A stretch of 57,293 nt of DNA from Alphaproteobacteria bacterium (GTDB lineage Bacteria; Pseudomonadota; Alphaproteobacteria; UBA7879; VGCX01). Position numbers and translations under genes: made by a program. The DNA is taken from contig VGCX01000002.1 in NCBI GenBank assembly GCA_016869935.1, positions 1-57,293 on the forward strand, in the 5' to 3' direction. Shown piece after piece: positions 57,056 through 57,293 of the stretch (position 1 is its first letter; each line of letters starts with the position of its first letter). The notes beneath the pieces were generated by a model. It saw only the letters and a program-made list of their open reading frames with translations, had not been told where the DNA came from and made no database searches.

Positions 57056-57293
57056 AACTGTCTCCTTTTTAGAGTGTCATTTTTTACTAATTATTCTTAA
57101 AAAGTCAATAATATCACAGTAATTTATTGTCTTTTGATATATTAAATACCATGATAATTTGCATTATAAGAAAGTAATAATTATTTATTTATAATATAAA
57201 ATAAGATATGTCAAATAGTTATTTTGTTTTTTTATTTATTTAATGAGTCCTGAATAAAAAAACAAATAAAAAGCAAGAAATTTTCTTTTTCAT

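Noticed and set aside
57240-57293. ATG at the very end of the window on the minus strand (ttttcat)
   Set aside because: The frame stops after 17 codons (MKKKISCFLFVFLFRTH) in extremely AT-rich DNA, with no support for a gene.
1-57293. Search for CRISPR arrays, IS elements or transposases, integrases other than Xer, prophage genes and rRNA
   Set aside because: None seen. There are no regularly spaced direct repeats, no transposase-like ORFs, no terminal inverted repeats flanking any block, and no rRNA-like conserved stretches.

Overview
57.3-kb low-GC window that looks like the origin-proximal region of a reduced alphaproteobacterial chromosome. It is probably an obligate intracellular Rickettsiales/Holosporales-like organism. 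The alphaproteobacterial call rests on C4-pathway 5-aminolevulinate synthase, DUF1013, an ELM1-like protein and a hemE-adjacent DnaA-box cluster. The intracellular call rests on a Tlc/NTT ATP/ADP translocase and a glyA-nrdR-nusB block with no rib genes. All family calls come from motif recognition in the supplied translations; no database search was run. Content is mostly housekeeping. It includes dnaQ (partial), parB-parA-rsmG, a five-gene peptide ABC importer, hemE-hemH, sucA-sucB-lpdA, priA, transaldolase, xerC and tlc. It also includes rpiB-glyA-nrdR-nusB, H+-PPase, an MFS transporter, photolyase, TamA-like Omp85, greA plus an ELM1-like gene, a nucleotide-sugar dehydrogenase, rlmE and hemA. 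Further on are xseA, a YeeE/YedE pair, accA, an O-antigen-ligase-like protein, pfkA, the 1587-aa NAD-glutamate dehydrogenase, tRNA-Gly(GCC), efp, an IMPase and a 2-Cys peroxiredoxin. I found no rRNA, CRISPR array, transposase or prophage. Five things merit a second look. (1) A candidate replication origin upstream of hemE (9694-10039). (2) An XRE-cupin / AlaX-like / DUF2000 module with tandem operators (2803-4522). (3) An orphan HicB-like gene followed by a ParB/Srx-like gene translationally coupled to sdhE (54262-55615). (4) A locally G+C-rich, highly structured non-coding locus with its own minus-strand terminator, divergent from an atypical LysR gene (about 55614-55880). (5) Two further small candidate units: an sRNA-like locus at 4572-4702 and a 23-codon hydrophobic ORF at 56984-57055. 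None of these can be proven from sequence alone.
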